Positions 1-12,509 of a DNA stretch of 64,000 bases are shown here, in pieces (positions within the stretch are counted from its first letter, which is position 1; every line of letters begins with the position of its first letter). The stretch comes from Ruditapes philippinarum (taxonomy: Eukaryota): the NCBI RefSeq assembly GCF_026571515.1, contig NW_026861528.1:1-64000 (forward strand), in the 5' to 3' direction. Position numbers and translations under genes: made by a program. The notes beneath the pieces are model-generated. The model ran no database searches, was not told the origin of the DNA, and saw only the letters and a program-made list of their open reading frames with translations.

Positions 1-2388
1 AACTGACAAACTGTTGTTTAGAGGTTATAAATAACGTATAACTTCTTCGACAGTATAACTTGAATGAGTTAAACCAGCTCGTACTTCTAGCTGGATTCAG
101 ATATTGCTGTCAACGTAATTATTGTCACTAGTTTCCGCGAGTCAAAAGTTTGGGTAAGACAGAATTGTTAAAGAGTTATTTTTGATTTTATAGTGCAATC
201 TTATTCATATTTGATGATTTAACGGTGATAATTGTTCAAACACTTCAGTTTCATATAAGTGGACGACTTGATATATGATATATAACACTTCCCCCACCTT
301 TGTATCAACTTATCCTCCTGGATAATGTTCAGTTAATGTTTTAATTTATTTTAAAATTATTTAAAAAGAAGCAATTACTTTAAAAATCCTTTAACAATAT
401 AAAGAAACATTTGTTCCAATTAACTAAAATTAAATAACAACAATTATCACAACATGTGGTAAACATAGAACTCTTTATATTATAAACTATATAATCTTTT
501 AACTTTAAATAAAGTGTTTTATACATCTCTCCTCATCACTGGTAGGTCAAGGTCACTTTTCAAAGTTATTTTAAGTCAATATGATAAATATTTTACAAAT
601 TCAACAGAAACACTTTAAACAGGAACAGTCTACAATAGTCAACTAAATGAAGTCTATTTCTTCAATATTATTAAATAATGTTCAATTTTCACAATGAACT
701 CTAAAAGCGCCTCGACTTATTTACTCGTATTAATAGCTCTGACGACAGTCCATTTAAAATAACAACATTATTCAGTTATTTTTTAAATATAATAAACTTC
801 AAACTGAATAAATTTTCTCAAGCTAAATTCACTAAGTTCAAAACAGTCAAATCATAACTTAAAAACAAACGTATTTACACCTGTTATTTTCACTTAATAC
901 TTGTCACAATAACACATATATTTTATTAATTAAACTACAAGTCTTAGTGGAATTTCCAGTAAAGCTAATTGCCTCTGCAGCTCTCCTGTATTTTTTACTA
1001 CCTCTAAAGTAATGATTTGTGATTTCTCTGCTTCAGAGGGATTCTTGCCGTTTGCTATTTCGCTCAGCATTTGATACAAATAAAATCTCGCCCTGGCAGC
1101 CCCTTTTTCATTTTCTTCACGTTTAACTTTACCGGATCCTGGCAGCGCAAGAAAGTTATATTTGTCTAACAGAAAGCTTCTAGACATTGTTGGACTAAGA
1201 ACTCCATTCTGCAAATATTCGAGTTGGAAAGCCGTGTGCTCCCAGGCCATTAGTCGACGGTCAGGGGTCATTTGTTGCCATTGTTGTGGAGGCCAAGTAA
1301 AATCGCAGCCATTTAGATGTATATGAAATTCATTATCCCCTTTCCAATCTCTTCTGCCCGGTGGCACCAGTGGCATCACTCCTACTTTCAACAACTCTGA
1401 TGCTTTCTTACAAAAGTCATTTCCATCTGATTCACTGTCATTCTCTTTACTTTCTAGATCTACCTCCGTATTATTTTCTTCAAAATTAGATTCAGTTCTA
1501 CCTATTTCCTTTTTAAACACCCTTCGCAACACTCCATCTTTTGACCTTTTCCATACCATCTCTCTCTTTGGCTTTCTTACTATTTCATCTAGCTCTGTCA
1601 ACTTCTGATCTTCTCTACTCATTTCATCTAGAATTAATTTCGTAGCACGATATATTTCTTCATCTTTTTCCTTTTCTTCACCTAACATCTTTATTTTGTC
1701 ATCAACTTCTTTTTCGACTTCATTCATCTTAACATCCTTTTTAACTTCATTATTCATCTCAACTTTTTCGTCTATCTTCTCTTCATTTATCTCATTTCCA
1801 TCATCATTTTCATCTCTTATTTTACACACTTTCATTCTATTACCCATTACTTCATTCAATATACCATTGTCACATTTTCCTTCTCCACTAACACTTGAAC
1901 ACCTCTTATTTTCATTATCTTCACCTTCATTACTCATATCACTGACACTATTAACATCATCTTCAACTTTAAAATCATCATCATCATATTTCTTCTCATC
2001 ACTTTCTTTTAAACACTTCTTTTCTTTATCACTTTCTTTTACACTATTATCATCACATTTCTTCTTCTCATTGACACTTAAACACTTCTTTTCTTTATCA
2101 CTTTCATTTACACTATTATCATCACATTTCTTCTTCTCATTGACACTTAAACACTTTTTTTCTGCATTACTTTCGTTTACACTTTTATCATCACATTTCT
2201 TCCTCTCATTGACATTTAAACACTTCTTTTCTTTATTACATTTATCATCATTGGGTAAGACAGAATTGTTAAAGAGTTATTTTTGATTTTATAGTGCAAT
2301 CTTATTCATATTTGATAATTTAACGGCGATAATTGTTCAAACACTTCAGTTTCATATAAGTGGACGACTTGATATATGATATATAACA
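1..2388 (-). mobile_element. Internally deleted LTR retrotransposon (3' LTR runs off the window start; truncated 5' LTR at 2251-2388)
   Basis: Near-identical direct repeat 150-287 / 2251-2388 that begins TGTTATATATC on the minus strand. A polypurine tract (GGTGGGGGAAG, 288-298, minus) abuts the left copy. No gag/pol lies between the copies. Confidence 0.8.
930..2250 (-). CDS. 3' accessory ORF of the LTR element: K/E/D/N-rich low-complexity N-part with ~66-bp repeats and a globular C-terminal domain; unknown function
   Basis: ORF 930-1937 (335 aa) appears to stay open upstream to the LTR junction. It ends about 630 bp before the PPT. Confidence 0.55.
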
Positions 2389-2817
2389 ATATGAATGACA
2401 GGGAAGGGTGGGGTTTGAAAAAAGAAGGGTAAAAGGGGTGATAATTACCGTAGACGAGAAAAACAAGAAGGGACACAATTCGGTTACCAAAATTGCAAGT
2501 AAACGATCAACAAGATATAATTTATAAGCAACATAGAGGTGCGCCGCATGGAGTAGTCCGCAGCATAAGCACTGCCAGGCAGTTTAAACCGGTTAATAGT
2601 GCACCAAGCCTCCCTCTTAGCCCTAAACAAATTCCCGCCAAGCAAAATTTAACGGTCCCCGTGGTTGCAAAAGGTGAAATAAGTATAATTTAAAAAAAAC
2701 TTTTTCCCTAAAGAACGCAAAAAAGAAACATACAAAAGTTAACCGGATGACCATAACAAAAGTACACAATGTCTTATAGGAAGGCAGAGCAGCAAGAAAA
2801 TCATCCACATGGGCCCG

Positions 2818-2984
2818 ACGAAGCTAAGCTAGCTTACGGAACGTCGGTGGTTTTACTCAGGTGCCCGTTCGTGCCTGAAATAATGCACGGAAGGGCACCT
2901 GAGGTCTTCCTCCACCAGTAAAGCTGGAACGTCGCGATATGACCTATACTGTGTCGATGTGACGTTAAACCCAAAACAAAACAA
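2818..2984 (+). mobile_element. SINE-like fragment (core and 3' tail)
   Basis: GC-rich island ending ...gacgttaaacccaaaacaaaacaa, resembling bivalve SINE 3' ends as recalled, not searched. Confidence 0.5.
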
Positions 2985-3684
2985 TATAAAACATCTTAAA
3001 CATTTTGAAAAAAAAAGAGATTTTAGCTTTGTCAAGTAGACATTCAAAAGTAACGTAGATCATGAGAACAGAGTCTACATTGGATGCACCCCGATATTTA
3101 ACTTACTTGTACAGTAAAGATGTAAACATACCTCTTAAAGCTTTGAGTTTTAACATGTAACGTCATCTTGTAGTCTTCTTTAATAGTTTTATAGTAATTC
3201 CCATGGGGCCATAATTGGCCCAGCCTGGGGTAACTTAGATTATTAGATTATATAGACCATAGTGAAACAATTAATTAATTCTTCTTGTGTAAAATTACCC
3301 TGTCAGGAGCATAAATATTTATCTTGAAGCATTTTGTAGCAGACATCTAAAATATTTTCTTAATGACAAACTCTATGCAGCTTCATTACTGGCTCTACAG
3401 GAAACATTAAATTTTATAATGGCCCTCTTGTTTAATTTTGATATTATGTCATCAAGAACCCGTTCATACACAGAACACACTTTTATTGTGGCATTTTGTC
3501 AATCAAAGCGTATATAGTTAGTAAATAGGTTAAAGTGAAAATAACTTTACGTTTTGCCGTAATTCCTGTCAATGTCATGATTTGCTTCGCATAAACGGTC
3601 GAAAACTAACGTGACCCAGGGAATTTCTATAAATATCCATCGGAATTAACTTGCATCGTCAATTTATAAAAAAGGGTGGAACAG

Positions 3685-5780
3685 CCTTTTTATTGTCTAG
3701 CCCGCTTGCGGTGCACTCGACTTAGTCGCCACTTTTTACGTATAGTTCGGTGTATTTGCGTCCGTGCGTAAGCTCTTCCGCACGAATTTTCCGGTGTATA
3801 TCTTGCTCATTCTTTAAGGATTACAAAATTAATTGGTACAAATGTGCACCATAATGGGCTAGTATTTCGCACACAAAACCCAGGTTCACCGCTGAAAGGT
3901 CAAGGTCACATTTTGGGGCCAGCGCAAAACCCGTGTCAGGAGCATGACTTCGACATTTATGAAGGGATTTTGATAGAAATTCGGAATATGTTCTTCGTAG
4001 AGAGGCGGAGTGCCGCGCGAATAATTCAGGTGTCTATGATAATGTAGGTCACAATAAGTGGTCAAAGGTAAAATAACAACAACAAAAAACATTGAAAGTA
4101 TACAGTATATATGGATGCATTTAATATAACTTAGCTCAAATGTTCTCCATGTCTCGCGCAAAATAAAAGTCAAGGTTATAAGAGATCAAAGGCAAAAAAA
4201 TATTGAAATTTGTTTGTTGGCGCTGTTTCTTCTTCAGTCTTTGAAGGATTATAGAATAATTTGTCTGTACAAGCCATCACCATAATGGGTTGACATGTCG
4301 CCGCACACAAAACCCAGATCCACCGCTCAAAGGTTAAAGTTACACTTTGGGGTAAGCGCAAAACCCAAGTTAAGAGCTCAACTTTCACATGCATAGAGGG
4401 TTTTATATATAACTCGGGACAAATGTTCTCCATAGGGAGGGAGGCGGAGTGTCGCACGAAAAGTTCATGTGTCTGTGGTAAAGGATAATGTCACAGGGGT
4501 TTAAGGTCAAAAACAAAATATAAGCATTTATTTGCGAGTATAACTTTTTTAAACATAGATGAAATTCAATAATTTACCACAAATGTTATCCATGTTGACT
4601 TGAGTTGTCTCACGCAAAAATAAGGTCAAAGTCACAAGAGGTCAAAGGTCAAATAGAAATAATAACATTTGTTTGTTGGTGCTGTATCTTGCGTATGCTT
4701 AGAAGTATTATGCATACTAGTTAGAAGATTTTTAAATTGGTGAGCCCCCTTATGATGAGGTCAACTTAGTCACCACTTTTCTCTTTTGGCGGTTAAATAA
4801 GTATGTCCGTCAGTCCGTGCGTTCATTTAGATTTGTTTGGGTTATATCATTCTTATTTCCTGAAGGATTACAAAATAGTTTGATACAATTTTCACCATGA
4901 TGGGTTGGTTTGTCACACACAAAACCCAGTTCCGCAACTCCAAAGTCAAGGTCACACCTGGGGTCGACCCAAAACACAAGTCCAGAGCGTATCTTCTAAT
5001 TGTTTGACGGAATTTTAATATAACTGGGGACAAATCTTCTCCATATTGAAGCGGATTGTTCTTCGAAACATTTAGGTGTCTATGGCAAAGGTCAAGGTCT
5101 TACTTCATGACCAAAGGAAAATTACACATCAAAGCATTCATTTGTGAGTATAACTTCTATATACATGTACATAGATTGATTTTAATATTACTTAAAACAA
5201 ATGTTTTTTATGGTGAGTTGAGTTGTCTTGCCTATTAATCAATCATTATTTGCTTTCTTTTATCTTGATTTCCTTGTCGGTTACTATTATTTCTTATATA
5301 ACATTTTAGTGATAAGCCTCTCCCTTGCGCCCTGTCTTGTTTTTGTTTTGGGTCCTCCTTGGCTCCTTGCCGCTGTTTCTTGTTCGTGGGTCGTGTGGGG
5401 GTTGCGTTTATTGAACGCCGCTTTTCCTTGTTGATCTTGTTTGTCATATTTTTCGCAAAAGGTCAAGATCACAAGAGGTCAAACGTCAAATAAAAACAAA
5501 ATTTGAATGTCTGCACTGTATTTTGCTTAGTTTTAAGAGGATTTTTGTTAAACCTGCTTGCTCTGAGCTCAACATAATTGTCAAAAAGGCTTCTTAGTGT
5601 TTGTGTGTGCGTGCATGCATCCCAACTTGTTCAGGCAATAACTTCTTTGTGCAAAGAGAAATTTTCAAATAACATGTTTTGAGTTTTAAGGCACAAATGT
5701 TCATCATGAGACTTTGTGTCATGCACATTAACCCAGGTCACCAGATCAGAGGTCACCTAAGATGATGCAATGTCAAGATT
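3685..5780. repeat. Degenerate CAAGGTCA-rich interspersed repeats (HINE/MITE-like), several diverged units
   Basis: Recurrent aaaacccag...caaggtcaca blocks at ~3875, 4310, 4920 and 5730. Confidence 0.5.
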
Positions 5781-6417
5781 TTGCCTTGAGTATAGAGATG
5801 TTGTGATGCGCACTTCTCACCTTGATCTGAATTTTATAGGTTCAGGTTTGAATTAAGACGAGCACACGTTAGCATGACATGTATTATATATTTTTTTCCG
5901 TTATCAACTGCTGGTCAACCATGATTAGAACATTTAATCTTTCGAAATATATGGTCGACTCAGCTCAACCATACAATGACAAAATGAGCATAATGGCACT
6001 TTAACATTTGCAGTTATTGATTCTCCTTTTTCCAAGTAACTTTTTTTAAAGAGATCAAACTAAGATGTCAAACATAAACGTGTATCTATACGTATTTCTA
6101 TTTAAGTGGGCTTTATTATATGTGGAAAATATAGACAACATGATATATATTCGATTTTTATATCTTTACGAAATTTATTTAATCATCTTATGAATGATTT
6201 GAGTTTTCTAGAAAATACGGGGTCATTATCAACTACTAAGCATAACATGCCCCAAAATGAAATAAAATATAATTATTATAATTTATTGAACATTTGTGTA
6301 AAAGTTTTTTGCGTAACAGTTCAAAGTTCAAAAGCATTTTTGTTTCAATTTAAGATCCGATTTAGTAGGCATTAGCTGTCGTAGATTTTATTCGTTCGTC
6401 TGTGGTGAATTGTATGC

Positions 6418-9400
6418 TCAAGCTGGCACTGAAATACATACATATAACAGTTTAATCCTATAATATATAATCAATTTATTCCTCTATCTAAATCTCACCA
6501 ACTTTAATGACAGATGGTGCATTCTTTAATCACATGCTTTCGTTTCATATGACTCCATCGACATATGAACTGTACCAAGTAAATTACACAAATGTATATG
6601 AAATATAAGCAAAATATAGTTTGAGTTGAAAATTCGTTAAATTGGTTTTACTTTTTCTTGAGTTTGCCAATTATTTTATGCAATGTTTCAATAGTTCACA
6701 TTCAGTTACAGGTACACTTCGTTAAGAGATGTACTTGGTGCGAAGTAACATTCCCACACAACTTCACCCCCCCCCCCAAACACACACCAGTCGAATGTAA
6801 CTTTTAATCTCAATCAAAGTTTAAACATCATTAATTTTAAACTATTGGAAGGGAAGGTATTACTTCCCATTTAACTTTCGGGCCATTTTACCTTACAATT
6901 TCCTTAACTGACCTTATTACTAAACAATGCACTTTGAGTCAAACTAGAGTTTCTATCTATAAAGACAAACATACTCTGTCTTATATTTAGATTAAACAAG
7001 TTGATTAATGATCATTAATTTTGTTATACATTGATGAACCTCAATATTTTGGAAAGAATATTATTTATTTAAGTAAAAGGGACTATTTAATATGCAATTA
7101 AATTGAACTATAAAATAAATGAATTTTTTATCCTGACGCACAGAAAAAATTGCTAGTGAAGAATATAATGAAGGACAAGAACTTGTTCCAGAGTAGAAAC
7201 ATCATGCAAGTTTCCATTTATATATGGCATAAATTACACTGTAAATAAAAAAGATGTAATATAATATTGTAACATATCATGTTTTATAATACATGTATAT
7301 GATATTAAATAACTGCTTGAAACAATTGAATAAAATGAATATATTATATATAGAAGTATTTTAATTTACGGACAAAAATATAACAAAACGTACAACAAGC
7401 TTTCTCGGTACATGCAAGAACGCCATCAATGCAGGTACATGTATTACACTCTATCTGTATGCTCTCTCCGTGTTGAATGTTTACTTTAACTTTATCACTC
7501 CCTTCACCAACTTCATATTTACAACTTTTACCGCCTGAAAAATCAACAGCTTATTTATTCATGCATGCAACTTTATTATGGTTAGATATACATTTGACAG
7601 AGTACCTATTTTTCACTTTTGTTTTTTTGCCCCTTATAACACAATGCTGGGACGTTGCTTTAGCAGATCGTTTTAAATTGCCGGATATATTTAAGAAATG
7701 ATATCAGTTTTAACGGTGTTTATCGGCTATTTAACACCGGTTTGAAGTTTTTCAAAATAACCGATAAACACCGCTCAGACCTATATTTTCGATTCTAACA
7801 TGATAAAATAATGAAGATCATTTAATGTCATTTTTTAAGCGGAGATTACTTCCGGTGCCGATTTTCGTTTTGCGCTGTTTGATTTCGCACCCTACTGTTG
7901 CTAAGTTATAGAAATTATTAAACAAAAGAAATAATAAGAAAAAAAGTTATTTTATCAAGTTTTCACGTCTCATGCTGGATTGTTTGATTAATCATTCTTG
8001 TATGTTTGAAATGACGTCATTGTAGCGCCTTTATGAATGAGATGTATAATGAGGATTACGTCATTACGCTGCATTCGGTTTGGCGCCGTTTTGTAACTGA
8101 TATTGATCAAATCTGTGGTGTTAGTGTATAAGAGATACTATTTCAGTATTGTATGAAAAGAAAACATTATAACTTAAATATAAGAACTGAAAATATCAAT
8201 TTAATGTTGTTGTTGTTTTTTTTCATTATTAAATTGCTTTATAAAGCTTTGTAAACTACATTATCTAGGAAGAAAACATAACAGCCGATTATACAAATAG
8301 ACCCTAACAAGTGTTTATTGGCAAGTAAACACCGTTTTTTTTTTCTTTGTCTGTAGTGACACAATCACGAAGAGTGTTAGAATTATCATTGAACCTACAC
8401 AAATATAGATAATACAGTATGTTGTTTATTACATATACAAAGTAACAGCTGCATCTAAATATCTTATTACTTACATTTTAATTGCAATTTATGTGACGTG
8501 ATCTATGGTAAAACAATTGATTTTGGAATCATAAAACAAATAACACTCACATATACTACACTACTGTTAGAAAATAACGTATACATTACATATATTATTA
8601 TCAAAGTAATGTCAAAGGTCGAAACAAATCCAAACGAAACGATTGTGAACGGGGGACGGAGAGTCTCGTTACAATATCATAGGACCATTTGGTAAATTAC
8701 ACAAATGGTATCGAACCAAGAATCTCCGGACTATTGGTAACTTAAACAAATGGTCCTGTGATATCGAACGGAGACATTCCAGACATTTGGTAACTTAAAC
8801 AAATGGTCCTGTGATATCGAACCGAGACTCTGGACATTTGGTTATATCGAACCGACATTCTCCGGACTTTTGGCAACTTAAACAAATGGTCCTGTGATAT
8901 CGAACCGACATTCTCCGGACTTTTGGTAACTTAAACAAATGGCCCTGTGATATCGAACCGACATTCTCCGGACTTTTGGTAACTTAAACAAATGGTCCTG
9001 TGATATTGAACCGAGACATTCCGGACATTTGGTAACTTAATCAAATGGTCCTGTGATATCGAACCGACATTCTCCATACTTTTGGCAACTTAAACAAATG
9101 GTCCTGTGATATTGAACCGAGACATTCCAGACATTTGGTAACTTTATCAAATGGTCCTGTGCTATCGAACCGACATTCTCCATACTTTTGGCAACTTAAA
9201 CAAATGGTCCTGTGATATTGAAACGAGACATTCCGGACATTTGGTAACTTAAACAAATGGTCCTGTGATATCGAACCGAGACATTCCGGACATCTGGTTA
9301 CCTAAATGCATGGTCCTGTGATATCGAACCGAGACATTCCGGACATTTGGTAACTTTAACAAATGGTCCTGTGTTATTGAACCGAGTCTCTCTGGACATA

Positions 9401-11686
9401 TGGTAAACTAAACAAATGGTCCTGTGATATCGAACCGAGACATTCGGGACATATGGCAACTTAAACAAATGGTCCTTCGATATCGCACCGTCACACTCCG
9501 GACATTTGGTAAATTACATAAATCGTTCTGTGATATCGAACCGAGACATTTCGGACATTTAGTAACTTAAACAAATTGTCCTGTGATATCGAACCGAGAC
9601 ATTCCAGACATTTGGTACTTTAAACCTATGGTCCTGTGATCTCGTTTTTTCCGAACATATGGTAAATTACACAAATGGTCCTGTGATATCGAACCGAGAC
9701 ATTCGGGACATATGGCAACTTAAACAAATGGTCCTTCGATATCGCACCGTCACACTCCGGACATTTGGTAAATTACATAAATCGTTCTGTGATATCGAAC
9801 CGAGACATTTCGGACATTTAGTAACTTAAACAAATTGTCCTGTGATATCGAACCGAGACATTCCAGACATTTGGTACTTTAAACCTATGGTCCTGTGATC
9901 TCGTTTTTTCCGAACATATGGTAAATTACACAAATGGTCCTGTGATATCTAACCGAAAATCTCCGTCCCCGTTTACACAAAATATTTGTTCATTGAATTT
10001 TTCTGACCATGTTACATTCCGTTTTAAAGCAATGTGATGTAATGGTCAGTGATGAACATAGTCTAAAGGGAAATATTAACTTTGATAGTTTGTAGCAGCC
10101 ACATAATGTGCATAGACCAATAAGATCCTGAGATCGGGATACATATTTTTTTTAAAAAAGTAGTTGTTTGCTTTTAACTTCAAGGCCAGGATTCACGCTT
10201 TAATATTTCTCGAATAAAACATTTTATAGACATATCAGCTCACCTGGACCTTAACGTATTTTCATCTAAATGGTAGTGCATACAGGTGTAACATTTTCCG
10301 AAAATAAACAGCAATTGCTATATGTTTGTTACGCCTGAATATCTTTATAAAACCGCCACATTTGTCAACAATTTAGATGAAAGTATCGTTTATTTAATGC
10401 TATAATGTGATCAGTTGTTTAGTATGTAAATAACAAGATTTATTATATACTAGTACTTACAAATGAAATATTGAGAAATATTGATAAAATAAAATGCGTA
10501 TTTTCATTTTCCGTATTTTCACTGTAAAAATTTATTTTTCACTGCAGTGCAACATATTTTCCGTATTTTCACTTATGTCTTGCCGGACTACTTTCTTTTA
10601 ATTTCTGCCAGTACACAAAATTTAAGGTAAAGTCTTTCAAATTTTAATGTCAAAAAAGAGAAAAATGTATATAATAAACAGAAAATTCAAGTTTTTTTTC
10701 TATAAATACATGATTTATTTTCATCTTGTGGCATGAAAATTACCATATTTCACTTGTGGCTACCGCCACTCATGAAATATTTATTTTCATACCACTCGAT
10801 GAAAATAAATCATGTATTTATAGAAAAAACTTGAATTTTCTGTTTATTATATACATTTTTCTCTTTTTTGACATTAAAATTTGAATAATAATAATAATAA
10901 TAAAAATAATAATAATTGTATCATACATAATTTTACTCTCTAAAACTTAAGTGATTTTATAACTCCGCTACATCACTGACCTGATGTTGCAGTTTTTCAT
11001 CAATACATTTATTGTGCGTCTATACAACGAGTTGAACAGCTTATAATATATATTATTTTAATAATACTACATATAGTGAAAAGGTCACGACAAGGTTTTG
11101 AATAGCAGTGACATTCATACACTCAATGATTTAATTTAAAACATGGTATAAGTTACTTAGTTAAATTGAAATTTTGTCGTCAATCATTTCCTCATAACCA
11201 TTATTTGTAATAACAAATACAAATACAAAACACACACGAGTTTATGAATGAATAAATTAATATATAAATTAATTAATTAATTAATGTTTGTCTGTTTGTA
11301 ATTAATTACAAACAGACAAACAAACATTAAACAAATAAATAAATGAATAAAAAAATTGTCGTCAAACATTTCCCCATAACCATTATTTGTAATAACAAAT
11401 AAATAAAACAGGTACGATATTATAAATGAATATAAAAAACAGTCAAACAAACAACATAAAACAAACAAAAACAACAACAACAACAGTCAATAAATGGAAA
11501 AAATTCGGAATGATAATAACAACACATACCTCTGCACTTCGGACAACATTGTCCCTCAGCTGGTATCTCTTCGCAACCAGGTGGATAATAACATTTTATC
11601 ACGGCACAGTCCTTTGCTCGGGCTCCTTTCACAATCATTAAATTAGAAAGGAGAACGAATGCAAGTATTATTTTGACCGAATCCAT
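6418..11686 (-). CDS. Gene A: secreted 12-Cys protein, 102 aa (signal peptide + half-VWC-like + pacifastin-like); exons 11686-11530, 7534-7394, 6428-6418
   Basis: GT-AG phase-1 introns give an uninterrupted frame: MDSVKIILAFVLLSNLMIVKGARAKDCAVIKCYYPPGCEEIPAEGQCCPKCR/GGKSCKYEVGEGSDKVKVNIQHGESIQIECNTCTCIDGVLACTEKAC/LPA*. Same exon layout as paralog B. Confidence 0.85.
7691..8390 (+). mobile_element. Non-autonomous hairpin-ended element (Crypton-like), copy 1
   Basis: Same ends (ttaagaaat...ttagaattatcatt) and body as 14840-15973. Family assignment is inference. Confidence 0.55.
8648..9973. repeat. 53-bp tandem array (~24 units) bounded by inverted repeats (MITE-like)
   Basis: Unit aacttaaacaaatggtcctgtgatatcgaaccgagacattccggacatttggt. 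Ends are AACGGGGGACGGAGA and TCTCCGTCCCCGTT. Confidence 0.85.
10435..10885 (+). mobile_element. Hairpin-ended element (Crypton-like) with a ~250-bp palindrome
   Basis: Homologous to 15185-15571. Inverted arms span 10636-10885. Confidence 0.6.
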
Positions 11687-12509
11687 TTCTAAAAACAAAT
11701 TTCAAAAAAGATAAATATACTCTGATGGGGCTTTACATAATTACGTACGAAATGATGAAGTTGTAAACAAATCAAAGACAATGTTTTATATTTTATAACA
11801 TCTTTTCTTTGTTTTTCATAATCATCAACTATCTTATTTAACAACAAGTACTTTAGATTATAAAACAATTATTTTATTCTCTTGTCCTTTGTCACAATAT
11901 GATTCTAGAAGATTGCTTCTTAAAACTTAAAGAATTCTTGTATAAGTCACATCATAAAATTTATGTGAGCAACTGTCTATTAGAACATAATTTTGTCTTT
12001 ATTATATAATTTTTCATGCTTTTAATTAATTTTGATCTATCTTACAATTATAATATGATATTCGGGTTTTTATCTGAACTTTTCTTATAGTTTATTTCGA
12101 AATTATCTTACATTATTCTGATTACTTATCACTATATTTCCCGAATATGTCTCTTAATATCAAACACACAACAATTATGTAAATATTTACCTAACAACTT
12201 TCAAGATATATCCGTCTTATTATATAGCAAAACAGCGTAAAATAAAGAAAGTATATTTATTTAATGTTGATCAACAGGTATGACGAGGCTATATGCGTTA
12301 TCTAAAATGTTTATGTTTTTTGTTACAACATCTGTTTATTTATTTTATATGATTACTGCCATGAGTCACGTATAATATTTTACATAAGCATCTATCTTAT
12401 TGCCTTTATACATATGCACTCCTAAAAAGCAAGCAAATTGTTAAAGTGTATCTTAAAAAGATATTATCTAATTGCACTGTTTGTTCTAATGTTCTAGTCT
12501 AATGTTTTT

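Noticed and set aside
1696-2286. 196-aa Ser/Phe/Leu-rich plus-strand ORF
   Set aside because: Antisense shadow of the low-complexity minus-strand ORF.
2490-2810. Short ORFs and a GC-richer patch (similar cases at 5228-5472 and 55279-55497)
   Set aside because: No protein motifs; probably fragments of interspersed repeats that I cannot classify.
8700-9960. CRISPR-like regular repeats
   Set aside because: Contiguous tandem units without unique spacers, no cas genes, eukaryotic context.
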